A stretch of 60,569 nt of DNA, the filler included. It is 4 parts of 4 records of this genome, joined end to end, with 100 filler letters (N's around TTAATTAATTAA, not from the genome) between each part and the next. Parts side by side here need not be neighbours in the genome. Positions count along the whole stretch, not along the records: positions 27,759 to 45,848 come from DRR723986_4732; positions 45,949 to 51,148 come from DRR723986_4742; 2 more parts are not named here. One strand, 5' to 3'. Shown piece after piece: positions 38,764 through 47,765 of the stretch. Position numbers and translations under genes: made by a program. Every line of letters begins with the position of its first letter. Within the stretch, counting starts at the first letter, position 1. The notes beneath the pieces were generated by a model. That model did no database searches. It was given only the letters and a program-made list of their open reading frames with translations, and had not been told where the DNA came from.

Positions 38764-39819
38764 TCAGACCTCTGTCAGATCATGAACCGTCCGCGCATCG
38801 CTGGCTGTGCCCGTGTTTACCGTGCTAGCCGGTTCCAGCAGAACCACCTCACAGCTTTCTGACAGGGCCACGGGGCAATGTTCAACGCCGCGCGGCACCA
38901 CGATAAATTCGCCCTCTTCGATGATCTCTTCGCGGTCGCGGAACTTCATCAACAGCCGCCCACGATGCACCAGAAACAACTCGTCCTCATCATGGTGGAA
39001 ATGCCATGTGAAATCCCCTTCCAGTTTGACCAGTTTAATCTGCATCTCATTGATTTGGCCCGCGACCCGAGGAGACCATGTGTCTTCGAATGACCCAAAT
39101 GCACGGTCGAGGCTCTTTTTGCCAAAGGGGGAAATATGCCCGTTCAGCTCTGCCACATCGCGGACAATTGCGCCCAGCTGCGAGGCCAGATCATTGGCCT
39201 CAGCCGGATAAAGGCCATCAAGGGCCGCAGTGCCAATGGTAAAGCCTGCCGCCCCCGCATCCCGCACATCGGCAATCCGCGAAGGATCAGCGATGGAACC
39301 CGCCGCAATCACCGGCTTGCCTGCGGCAGCGCAGACCGCACGGATCAACGCAGGCACATCGGTGTTGGACCGATATGCCAGCAGATCCAGCCCATCCACC
39401 CCGTCCCGCGCCGCCAGGTCTGCGGCGCTTTTTGCGATCTCTTCGATGCTGCCTTGCAGGACGCTGGGATGTCCCTCAATCCGACCGGGAAACGGATAAT
39501 AGGCGATGCCCCGCCCCGCCAGAACCGGCAGCACCTCATCAACCCGTGTACCGCCAAGCAGGACATCAACCCCAATCTCAACTGCCGCACGGGCAGAGCG
39601 CACTTCGCTGCCTTGATCAAGAGAAACAACCTCAAGATAGGACGTTGCGCCCTTGGCCTTGATCGACTGGTTCAGCTCCTTGAGCGCGGCCACCGGCAGG
39701 CCGACATCCTTGAACCCGACATGCCGTACTCCCAAGGCCAAAGCCGTCGCCAAATGCGCGGCCGCATCCTCCACCGTGCGGTCGTTGCGGGTCAGCATGA
39801 AGATGAAACGCAATCCCAT
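38764..39819 (-). CDS. Fusion of an uncharacterised TIM-barrel-like domain and a cupin domain
   Basis: N-terminal 'GFKDVGL','DLLAYR','AAGSI','GFTIGTA'; C-terminal cupin 'WHFHHDEDELF...VPRGVEH'. Confidence 0.7.
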   Translation of the reverse strand: MGLRFIFMLTRNDRTVEDAAAHLATALALGVRHVGFKDVGLPVAALKELNQSIKAKGATSYLEVVSLDQGSEVRSARAAVEIGVDVLLGGTRVDEVLPVLAGRGIAYYPFPGRIEGHPSVLQGSIEEIAKSAADLAARDGVDGLDLLAYRSNTDVPALIRAVCAAAGKPVIAAGSIADPSRIADVRDAGAAGFTIGTAALDGLYPAEANDLASQLGAIVRDVAELNGHISPFGKKSLDRAFGSFEDTWSPRVAGQINEMQIKLVKLEGDFTWHFHHDEDELFLVHRGRLLMKFRDREEIIEEGEFIVVPRGVEHCPVALSESCEVVLLEPASTVNTGTASDARTVHDLTEV

Positions 39820-39911
39820 GTTATAGCTTCCCTATTGGTGATGCAGTTGACACGGACAATATACGCCGCATCACCATCCGCATAGAGGACCGCACCGCTG
39901 CGGCAGCTGGC

Positions 39912-40310
39912 CTATACCAGCGCCCGCGTGATCATGACCCCCGCCCATGCAGAAAACCCGGTAAGAACCGCGCCCCAAAGGCTATCGACGATCACCTGTG
40001 TCATCGACCAATCGCGCAGTGTTGCATAATTGGTAAATTCATAGGTGCCATAGGCCATTAGGCCAAGCAAGGCACCGCCAATTAAAGCCGCAACCGGATC
40101 ACCATCGCGCAAGGCAGGCAACGCCACGAACCAAAGCACCCCGGCGACATAGCCAAGATAGAAAACCGCCGCTGGAACAACCCGAAACGGGTCGGCATAC
40201 AAATGCGCGATGTGCCGGTCGAACACCGGCTTTATCAGCATCCTCAGGCCAACGGCATCCGCCGCGAAAAACACCAGAGCAGTCGACAGGTAAAGAACAA
40301 GAATTTTCAT
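39912..40310 (-). CDS. DUF2177-like membrane protein
   Basis: 'AYGTYEFTNYATLRDW', 'DSLWG'; four hydrophobic helices. Confidence 0.8.
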   Translation of the reverse strand: MKILVLYLSTALVFFAADAVGLRMLIKPVFDRHIAHLYADPFRVVPAAVFYLGYVAGVLWFVALPALRDGDPVAALIGGALLGLMAYGTYEFTNYATLRDWSMTQVIVDSLWGAVLTGFSAWAGVMITRALV

Positions 40311-40337
40311 GGCTTTGCTTCTTTCTTCAATCTGGAA

Positions 40338-41075
40338 TCAGCGGGTCAAACGCCCGGTCAGGGGCAGTGCCGCCCAATAAGGCAGCGCGCTCAACCACTT
40401 GAGCGGCCAGGTGAGGCGGCGCGGGAAATGCACTTCGAAGGAACGCCCCTGCAAACCTTTGACGATCTCCTGCGCCGCGTGTTCGGGGGTGACCATCGCG
40501 GGCATGTCAAAATCATTCTGAGCGGTCAGGCGGGTCTCAACAAAACCGGGGTTGATCAGCCGGACATCCACTTTTCCCGACAGCTCTGCCCGGAGGGTTT
40601 CGGCAAGGTTAATCACCCCCGCTTTGGTTGCGGAATAAATCTGCCCCTGAGGCAATCCGATGTAGCCTGCCACCGATCCGCAAAGCGCCATCTGCCCACC
40701 TGCACGCAGAACCTTTGGCGCCACCTGCGCCACATGAAACGTCCCGGCGAGGTTCACGGTGACAATCTGCGCGGCCTTTTCTGCGTCAAGGTCTGCGACC
40801 TTGCCCGGATCATAGATCGCCGCCAAATGCACAACCCGGTCCACAGGTCCAATCGCTGCAATCGCCTGTACGGCCCGATCAAGGCCGTCACGATCCGACA
40901 CATCAAGCGGCTGCGCCACATGGTCTGGTCCCAGTTCAGCCGCAAAAGATGCAAGTTTGTCTTCGGACCGCGCCGACAGGATCAAACGCGCGCCTTTGGC
41001 CGCCCAGGCACGGGCCAAAGCCGCGCCGATCCCGTCACTTGCCCCGATGATCCAAACGGTCTCACGCTCAGGCAT
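40338..41075 (-). CDS. SDR oxidoreductase of the RpoE-regulated lipid operon
   Basis: 'IGASDGIG', 'YSATK', 'NPGFVETRLT'. Confidence 0.85.
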   Translation of the reverse strand: MPERETVWIIGASDGIGAALARAWAAKGARLILSARSEDKLASFAAELGPDHVAQPLDVSDRDGLDRAVQAIAAIGPVDRVVHLAAIYDPGKVADLDAEKAAQIVTVNLAGTFHVAQVAPKVLRAGGQMALCGSVAGYIGLPQGQIYSATKAGVINLAETLRAELSGKVDVRLINPGFVETRLTAQNDFDMPAMVTPEHAAQEIVKGLQGRSFEVHFPRRLTWPLKWLSALPYWAALPLTGRLTR

Positions 41076-42225
41076 GGCTCAGCTCCACTTGCACCACATT
41101 GGTCTGCTCCGCCTTGAACGAGGCCGCACAAGCGCCAAGATAATAGCGCCAGCTGCGCAGAAACGCGTCGTCATAACCAAGTGCCCGGATCTTGCCGGAT
41201 TGCTGTTCGATACGGTCATCCCATACCGCGCAGGTGCGGGCGTAATCCTGACCAAAGGCATGGCTGCCCGTGACCTTCAGACCGGCCCGCTCTGCCTGCT
41301 GGCGGATCGCCGCATCACACAAAAGCAAACCGCCCGGAAATGTATGCTGCCGGATGTAATCTGCGGTCCGGCGGTAGGTGTCGAAATAGTCGTCCGAAAC
41401 CGTGATCGCCTGCACCACGGCCCGGCCTCCTTCGGCGAGCCGGTTTTTGAGCATCGCAAAATAGGTGGGCCAGTACTTTTGCCCGACCGCCTCAATCATC
41501 TCAATCGAAACGATGCCATCATAACGCCCATCGCTGTCGCGGTAATCCTGCAACCGGATGTCGGCCCGCCCGTCCAGACGCGCGTCGGCATAGCCTTTTT
41601 GACTGCGAGAGATCGTCAGGCCGGTCACATAACGCCCGCTGTCCGCAGCCCGCTCGGCAAATCCGCCCCAACCACACCCAACCTCAAGCACATTCTCAGC
41701 TTTGCCAAGGCGGTTCAGGATGCGATCATACTTGCGGTTCTGGGCGCGCAGCAGATCGTTGTCGCCCGCCGCAAACATTGCTGATGAATAGGTCATGCCT
41801 TCATCCAGCCAGAGTTGGTAAAACTCATTACCAACATCATAATGCGCCCGGATATTCCGCGCCGCGCCGCTGCGTGAATTGGCGCGCAAGATCTGATTGA
41901 CCACGCGATATTTCAGGTTCGACCAGAACCCCGCATAGGCATAGCCGCGGAATTGATCCAGATTGAGAATCGCAACCTCAACCAAGTCGGCGATGGAAGA
42001 GGTTTCCCAAAGACCGGCGACATAAGTCTCCCCCAGCCCAATGTCGCCGCGTGCCGCAATAGATGTCACGACCGACCAATCGTAAATGCGCATCTCGGCG
42101 GCAGGAGACCCCGCACCAAAATCGTAGATCTCGCCCTCTGGCGTGCGCAAGCGCAGACTGCCCGTGTTGATCCGGCCGCATGTGTCTAGAAAGTCCCGCT
42201 TTACACGGTTTGTTAGAAAAAGCAT
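41068..42225 (-). CDS. Cyclopropane-fatty-acyl-phospholipid synthase family methyltransferase (UfaM/CfaS-like)
   Basis: 'HYDVGNEFY', 'MTYSSA', 'LEVGCGWG', 'SIEMIEAVG', 'FPGG'; start ATG 42225. Confidence 0.88.
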   Translation of the reverse strand: MLFLTNRVKRDFLDTCGRINTGSLRLRTPEGEIYDFGAGSPAAEMRIYDWSVVTSIAARGDIGLGETYVAGLWETSSIADLVEVAILNLDQFRGYAYAGFWSNLKYRVVNQILRANSRSGAARNIRAHYDVGNEFYQLWLDEGMTYSSAMFAAGDNDLLRAQNRKYDRILNRLGKAENVLEVGCGWGGFAERAADSGRYVTGLTISRSQKGYADARLDGRADIRLQDYRDSDGRYDGIVSIEMIEAVGQKYWPTYFAMLKNRLAEGGRAVVQAITVSDDYFDTYRRTADYIRQHTFPGGLLLCDAAIRQQAERAGLKVTGSHAFGQDYARTCAVWDDRIEQQSGKIRALGYDDAFLRSWRYYLGACAASFKAEQTNVVQVELSHA

Positions 42226-42980
42226 CAGCTTACCTCGGTCTTGGGCGGTGTTGGGCGGGACCGGTAGTTGGCCCCCTTGAGTTTCAGGATCATAGCTTGC
42301 CAATAAATCAGCCCGATTGTGCGCATCGCTCCAAGCGGGCGGCGCAGGCTGGCTTTGATCAGATCTGAGCTTGTCATAGGGACGCGGGGGCCGGACAGTG
42401 TCGCGACGACACCCTCCTCCCCGTTTTTGTGAATGATCCGAATCGCAATCTGGTCTTCGCGAATGTCGAACCCGAATTGATAATGCCCCGCGACGTCCTG
42501 ATAGGGTGACACGTGCAACCATTTTGGCTTCTCGATCCGGCTCTCGCCGGTGATCGGCGCAAAACCCGGTAGGTGGCACAAATAGCTGTGCCGGTCATGG
42601 AACGGGGTGGACACCTCCGCAATGACCGCAACCAAATCCTGACCGCGAAACGCCAGCCAGAAACTGACCGGATTGAAGACGTAACCCAGAAACCGTGGTT
42701 GGGTCAAAAGACGCAGATCCACGCCGCGATCCGGCAGGCCATTGGCCCGCAACGCCGCACGCGCCCATGCAGGACCACGGCCTGCCCCAAGTGGGCCACC
42801 ATGATCCACGTCATGCACGGCGCTGAAATTGAACCTGTTGCGGGAAAACAAGAACGGGCTGCGCTGATCCTGCTCTGGGTCGATCATCACGTAATCAACG
42901 CTATACCGAAAACCATGCCTTACAGCACCCTTGCGGGCGTGGGTTGTCACCCCAGAGATATATTCCGGTACGGTTGTCAT
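42225..42980 (-). CDS. DUF1365 protein (UfaO/RSP_1090-like)
   Basis: 'PRFLGYVFNPVSFW', 'AEVSTPF', 'HVSPY', 'IYWQA'. Confidence 0.85.
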   Translation of the reverse strand: MTTVPEYISGVTTHARKGAVRHGFRYSVDYVMIDPEQDQRSPFLFSRNRFNFSAVHDVDHGGPLGAGRGPAWARAALRANGLPDRGVDLRLLTQPRFLGYVFNPVSFWLAFRGQDLVAVIAEVSTPFHDRHSYLCHLPGFAPITGESRIEKPKWLHVSPYQDVAGHYQFGFDIREDQIAIRIIHKNGEEGVVATLSGPRVPMTSSDLIKASLRRPLGAMRTIGLIYWQAMILKLKGANYRSRPTPPKTEVS

Positions 42981-44257
42981 GCGAACTGTCGATCCATCAG
43001 GCGGGCAATCCGTGCGGCGCTGGCAAAACCATCCTCATGGAACCCGTGACGGGTATAGGCGCCCGCGAACCAAGTGTTGTTTTGCCCCTGCAGATCACGC
43101 AGCTGCTGTTGCGCGTTCAGGGCGGCGGTATCAAATACCGGATGGCGGAATGTTTTCTGGTCATAGATCAATTCGTCCGGCACCGGGTCGGAGGGGTTCA
43201 GCGACACAAACAACGGGTCGTTCTGCGGTATATTCTGCAGCCGGTTCATCCAATACGTCACGCCGATCGCGGGCTCAGGCCGCGTGGTATCGGCCTTATA
43301 CACCCAGCTGGACCAAACCGATTTGCGGCGCGGCATCTGCGCCTCATCGCGGTGCAGGATCATCTGGTTGTCCTGAAACCGGATCGCCGACAAGGCCGCC
43401 TGTTCCTGCGCTGTTGGCTGTTCCAGCAGACGCAAGGTCTGATCGGGATGGCAGGCAAAGATGACCTGATCGAACGTTTCATCCGGCGCATCTGCGGTGC
43501 AAACCGTGCTTTCTGCGGCGTTTCGGCGCACACCCTGAACGGTGGCATTGGTGCGCAAAACCGCGCCACGACCGCGCAGATGTTGCTCCAGACGGCGGAC
43601 ATATTCGATGCTGCCGCCATCTACTGTCCACCATTGGTGTTGCCCATGTGTGCTGAGCAAAGCGTGGTTGCGGAAAAACTGGATGAGGGCACGTGCCGGA
43701 AAAGACCGGATTTTTGCGGGCGGCGTTGACCAGATCGCACCACACAGCGGCATCAAATAGTAACGCTGAAACCAATCGCCAAGTTTCAGGTCATCCATAA
43801 ACTCACCGATCGTGGCGTCTGTGTCTCCGGTCGTTGCCTCGGCCTTTTTGTTGAACCTTAGAATATCAGCCAGCATGCGGGTAAACCCCGGCCGCATCAG
43901 ATTGCGCGGCTGAGCAAACAGCGCTGCGAGGGTGTTCAATCCGTATTCGATCCGGCCATCATCAATCGACGCGCCAAAACTCATGTCACTTTTGGCGACA
44001 GGCACATCGAGATCCTGAAACATACGGGTCAGATGCGGATAGTTGGCGTAGTTGAAGACAATAAAACCAGTATCGACCGGTTGATCGCCATTCCGGCCTG
44101 CCATCATAGTCCGCGCATGCCCGCCCAGTCGCGGCGCGGCCTCGTAAAGAGTGACCGCATGATGCGGCGACAGAAGATAAGCCGCAGCCAATCCAGAGAT
44201 CCCTCCACCAATGACAGCGACACGTTGTGGGCGGATGGGAAGGGCATCAAATGACAT
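42977..44257 (-). CDS. FAD-dependent oxidoreductase/desaturase (UfaD/RSP_1091-like)
   Basis: 'GGGISGL', 'VDTGFIVFN', 'YWMNRLQ', 'GFHEDG'. Confidence 0.88.
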   Translation of the reverse strand: MSFDALPIRPQRVAVIGGGISGLAAAYLLSPHHAVTLYEAAPRLGGHARTMMAGRNGDQPVDTGFIVFNYANYPHLTRMFQDLDVPVAKSDMSFGASIDDGRIEYGLNTLAALFAQPRNLMRPGFTRMLADILRFNKKAEATTGDTDATIGEFMDDLKLGDWFQRYYLMPLCGAIWSTPPAKIRSFPARALIQFFRNHALLSTHGQHQWWTVDGGSIEYVRRLEQHLRGRGAVLRTNATVQGVRRNAAESTVCTADAPDETFDQVIFACHPDQTLRLLEQPTAQEQAALSAIRFQDNQMILHRDEAQMPRRKSVWSSWVYKADTTRPEPAIGVTYWMNRLQNIPQNDPLFVSLNPSDPVPDELIYDQKTFRHPVFDTAALNAQQQLRDLQGQNNTWFAGAYTRHGFHEDGFASAARIARLMDRQFA

Positions 44258-44284
44258 GTAGGCTCCAGTGCTTATTCCCTAGTG

Positions 44285-44311
44285 TTACGAGGCGCAAAAA
44301 AAGTTGGATCA
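44285..44311 (-). promoter_or_regulatory. RpoE (ECF11) promoter for the lipid-modification operon
   Basis: Minus strand TGATCC-N16-CGTAA. Confidence 0.85.
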
Positions 44312-44315
44312 AAAA

Positions 44316-44342
44316 TGATCCGACTTTTATCGCCCCCCGTAA
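44316..44342 (+). promoter_or_regulatory. RpoE (ECF11) autoregulatory promoter for rpoE-chrR
   Basis: Plus strand TGATCC-N16-CGTAA. Confidence 0.85.
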
Positions 44343-44415
44343 TGAGATTATGCTGATTGCGAGCCTAGATACCCCTCCCACGCTCAAACCGCCCCCGGCG
44401 CGGTTTGGAAAGGAC

Positions 44416-44982
44416 ATGACACAGGTGACGAAACCGTCCGCCCAAGTCTCTCCACAGACAACGTGGATGCTTTTGGTCCGCGATCAACGCGACCGCGATG
44501 CCTTTGCGATGCTGTTTGATTATTTCGCACCGCGCCTGAAAGGTTTCATCATGCGGTCCGGCACCGGCACCGGGCAAGCCGAAGAGATCGTGCAAGAGGT
44601 CATGCTGACCGTCTGGCGCAAATCGGCGCAGTTCGATCCCGAGCGTGCGCAGGTTTCAGCATGGATCTACCAGATCGCGCGCAACCGCCAGATCGACGTG
44701 ATCCGCAAAGAAAACCGCCCCATGCCAGAAGAATTGGCCGAAGATCCCGAGACCGAGCCAGATGCCGGTCAGATCCTCGCCGTAGAACAAGAGGCTGGGG
44801 CACTCAAAAAAGCGTTGTCGCTGCTCAAGCCCGACCAACGCGACATCATAGAAAAAGCCTATCTGGGGGAGCTGACCCATCAGGAGATCCGCACCCAGAC
44901 GGGCCTACCGCTTGGCACAATCAAATCCCGGATTCGTCTGGGGCTGGAACGGTTGCGCCATGAGCTTAAGGACATGCGTTAG
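44416..44982 (+). CDS. rpoE: ECF sigma factor RpoE (singlet-oxygen response); alternative start 44350
   Basis: 'AEEIVQEVMLTVWRK', 'WIYQIARNR', 'LGTIKSRIR'; followed by chrR. Confidence 0.9.
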   Translation: MTQVTKPSAQVSPQTTWMLLVRDQRDRDAFAMLFDYFAPRLKGFIMRSGTGTGQAEEIVQEVMLTVWRKSAQFDPERAQVSAWIYQIARNRQIDVIRKENRPMPEELAEDPETEPDAGQILAVEQEAGALKKALSLLKPDQRDIIEKAYLGELTHQEIRTQTGLPLGTIKSRIRLGLERLRHELKDMR

Positions 44983-45618
44983 ATGACCGCAATCAATCAC
45001 CATATCTCCGACGATCTGCTGGCCGCCTATGCTGCTGGAACCTTGCCCCATCCTTATGCCGTGGTCGTGGCCGCGCATATTTCGCTGTGCCTCGACTGCC
45101 GCGCAGGTTTCGAGGCGCATCAGATGGCGGGCGGCGCCATTCTAGAAGCTGCGAACAGCGAAGCTGTCTCGGGCAATCTGAAAAACAGCACCTTGGCCCT
45201 GCTGGATGCCCCCGCGCCGGTCGAAAAGACCTATGCACGGTCCGGCGTCTATCCCGGCCCTGTCATGGAGGCGCTCAAGGGCAAGCCGCCACGGTGGAAA
45301 TCACTGGGCCTTGGCGTGCGGCAATGCATCCTCTCCGGTGATCGCGAGGGATCTGTGCGGTTGCTCTATATCCCGCCCGGACAAGCGGTGCCTGATCATT
45401 CGCATAATGGGTTGGAGCTGACCTTGGTTCTTCAGGGCAGCTTCAGCGATGAAACCGGTCGCTTCGGCGTTGGCGACCTTGAGATCGCCGATCAGGATCT
45501 GGAGCATACTCCAATTGCGGACGCCGGTCCGCCTTGTATCTGTCTCGCCGCAACGGATGCTCCTTTGCGTTTCAACGCGCTATTGCCAAGATTGTTGCAG
45601 CCACTGTTCAAGATCTGA
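44983..45618 (+). CDS. chrR: Anti-sigma factor ChrR
   Basis: ZAS 'HISLCLDC'; cupin 'PDHSHNGLELTLVLQGSF'. Confidence 0.92.
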   Translation: MTAINHHISDDLLAAYAAGTLPHPYAVVVAAHISLCLDCRAGFEAHQMAGGAILEAANSEAVSGNLKNSTLALLDAPAPVEKTYARSGVYPGPVMEALKGKPPRWKSLGLGVRQCILSGDREGSVRLLYIPPGQAVPDHSHNGLELTLVLQGSFSDETGRFGVGDLEIADQDLEHTPIADAGPPCICLAATDAPLRFNALLPRLLQPLFKI

Positions 45619-45827
45619 CCGGTTTTGCAGTCGTTGTTGCGATGTCGCCAACCGCTTGCCCTTCGCCGGAGGTGCAAACGGTTGCGGCGTAAGCTCAGTT
45701 TGGCAAATCACCTCACGCGGCCAAAAGCTTCATCCACTCAAACAGGCGCAGACGAATCGCGCGCGCCGCTCGGCCCAAGCCGCAAATGCGTTGTTTTATC
45801 AAAGCATTGATACTTTTCGGATTTCAG

Positions 45828-45848
45828 TGGTGAGCCGTGCAGGATTCG
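45828..45848 (-). tRNA. 3' end of a tRNA (probably tRNA-Lys) or its att-site duplicate, cut by contig end
   Basis: Minus strand CGAATCCTGCACGGCTCACCA = end of T-loop, acceptor stem and CCA; anticodon not visible. Confidence 0.7.
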
Positions 45849-45948
45849 NNNNNNNNNNNNNNNNNNNNNNNNNNNNNNNNNNNNNNNNNNNNTTAATTAA
45901 TTAANNNNNNNNNNNNNNNNNNNNNNNNNNNNNNNNNNNNNNNNNNNN
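45849..45948. other. Artificial contig-joining spacer
   Basis: 44 N + TTAATTAATTAA + 44 N. Confidence 0.98.
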
Positions 45949-45976
45949 CGGGGAGCGCGAGGGGCAGAGCCCCTCG
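45949..45976. repeat. REP-like GC hairpin at contig start
   Basis: CGAGGGGC-AGA-GCCCCTCG perfect 8-bp stem. Confidence 0.5.
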
Positions 45977-46023
45977 TTCCCGACGTCTCAAGGCACGCCC
46001 CCCGGTGCAGGGGAAGCGCCCGG

Positions 46024-46929
46024 TCAGTCGCCCGCGGGCGCGGCTTCCGCCGGGGGAGAGGTCTCCGGCGCGTCCGTCCGGGCCTCGGAACTCATCGCGT
46101 CCAGCGTGGTCAGCAGCGCCGTCACCTGCGCGTCGAGCCAGGCCCGGCCCGCGTCCACGGAGGTGACGTAGCCGTCCATCGCCGGGGCGAGCGCCGGAAC
46201 GGTCTCGGCGATGGTGGGCGCGAACACATAAAGCGCGACCGCCCCGCCGATCAGCACGACCATGGTCAGGAACCCTTTGCCGAACCCGCCACCGCCGCCG
46301 CGGCGGCGCGCGGTTTCGCGCTCCCGTGCCTCGGTCTCGTCCTTGGCGCTGTCGACCACGCGGGGGTCGGAGGCGGTGCTGCGCAGCGACTGGCTGATCT
46401 CTTCGACGTCGGGCAGAAGGTCGCGGCGCGATCCGGCCGCGGCGGCCGCGGCGGCGGCCGTGGTCGCGACGGCGCCCTCGTCGGGGCGGGGCGTCGAGGC
46501 GGCGGGCGCGTCCGAGCCGCGCATCCGCGCCATGCGTTCGCGCGCCTGCCGGGAGCGGCGGGCCTGCTCGTCCTCATCGGGTTCCGTCAGGCCGAGATCG
46601 GGCTGGCTTTCCAGCGTCTCGGCAGAGCGGCGGCGGATCTCGTATTCGCGCTCTTCCCGGAAGATCTCGGCCATCTCGGGGTCGATGCGGCGCTGCGGCT
46701 CGGGGGCGTCGACCGGCGGTTCGCCCTCTTCGTCCGCTTCGGGTTCCGGCTCCCATTCGGGATCGGGAACCGGCAGTTCGAGATCCTCGGCAAGCTCTGC
46801 GTCATCGTCGGGGTGGCGCTGAAACCAGGTGTGTCCGCAGTTCGAACATTGCACATCGCGTCCCGCTTCGGGGATCACGTCCACGGGCACATCGTACTGC
46901 GCGCCACAATTGGGGCAAATCAGCCGCAT
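46024..46929 (-). CDS. Zinc-ribbon (MJ0042-type) membrane protein
   Basis: 'CPNCGAQY...CSNCGHTW', acidic linker, single C-terminal TM; usual neighbour of ftsE. Confidence 0.85.
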   Translation of the reverse strand: MRLICPNCGAQYDVPVDVIPEAGRDVQCSNCGHTWFQRHPDDDAELAEDLELPVPDPEWEPEPEADEEGEPPVDAPEPQRRIDPEMAEIFREEREYEIRRRSAETLESQPDLGLTEPDEDEQARRSRQARERMARMRGSDAPAASTPRPDEGAVATTAAAAAAAAGSRRDLLPDVEEISQSLRSTASDPRVVDSAKDETEARERETARRRGGGGGFGKGFLTMVVLIGGAVALYVFAPTIAETVPALAPAMDGYVTSVDAGRAWLDAQVTALLTTLDAMSSEARTDAPETSPPAEAAPAGD

Positions 46930-47087
46930 CCTGCTCGTCCTCCGAAACGCCGTTCCTTGAGCGTCCTGCTTCCCCATATGGTGTATGCCCGATAGGGAAA
47001 AGTCCATGCCCCTTCATCGCCTTGCGTTGCATGATCGGCGCCGCTCGGGCAAAACGGGGCGAACGGGCATCAGGGGGCAGAGCCGAC

Positions 47088-47765
47088 GTGATAGAGCTGG
47101 ACAACGTGGCCTATTCCTACAGCGGCGACGCGCTGCTGACGGATATGTCGCTGCACCTCGCGCCGGGGGCCTTTCACTTTCTGACCGGGCCGTCGGGGGC
47201 GGGCAAGACCACCTTCCTGAAGCTGTGCTACGGCGCGCTGAAGCCGACGGAGGGCACCATCCGCCTGTTCGGCGAAGACGTGCGGTTCATGTCCCGCGAC
47301 GCCATCGCCATGGCCCGGCGCCGGATCGGCGTGGTCCATCAGGATTGCCAGTTCCTCGATCACCTGCCGGTGGCCGAGAACGTCGCCCTGCCGCTGACCG
47401 TCTCGGGGCAGGCCAACCCCTCCCAAACCGACAACCTGAACGAGCTGCTCAGCTGGGTCGGGCTGAACGGCAAGGTCGACGCCCGCCCCCCGGAACTGTC
47501 GGGCGGAGAGCGGCAGCGGGCGGCGCTGGCGCGCGCGTTGATCCTGTCTCCGGACGTGATCCTCGCGGACGAGCCCACCGGCAACGTCGACTGGGAGATG
47601 TCGCAGCGCCTCTTGCGCCTGCTGGTAGAGCTGAACCGCATGGGCAAGACGGTGATGATCGCGACCCACGACCTGATGCTGATCCGCGCGGCGAAAAGCA
47701 TGGTCCCGGCGCGCAACCTGCGCATCGCCAACCGGACGCTGATCGCGGCGGGGGCGGATCTGTGA
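47088..47765 (+). CDS. ftsE: Cell division ATP-binding protein FtsE
   Basis: 'GPSGAGKT', 'LSGGERQR', 'ADEPTGNVD'; upstream of ftsX; GTG start. Confidence 0.9.
   Translation: MIELDNVAYSYSGDALLTDMSLHLAPGAFHFLTGPSGAGKTTFLKLCYGALKPTEGTIRLFGEDVRFMSRDAIAMARRRIGVVHQDCQFLDHLPVAENVALPLTVSGQANPSQTDNLNELLSWVGLNGKVDARPPELSGGERQRAALARALILSPDVILADEPTGNVDWEMSQRLLRLLVELNRMGKTVMIATHDLMLIRAAKSMVPARNLRIANRTLIAAGADL

Noticed and set aside
46436-46470. GCC/GCG-rich run resembling a tandem repeat
   Set aside because: Encodes the poly-Ala linker of the zinc-ribbon protein.
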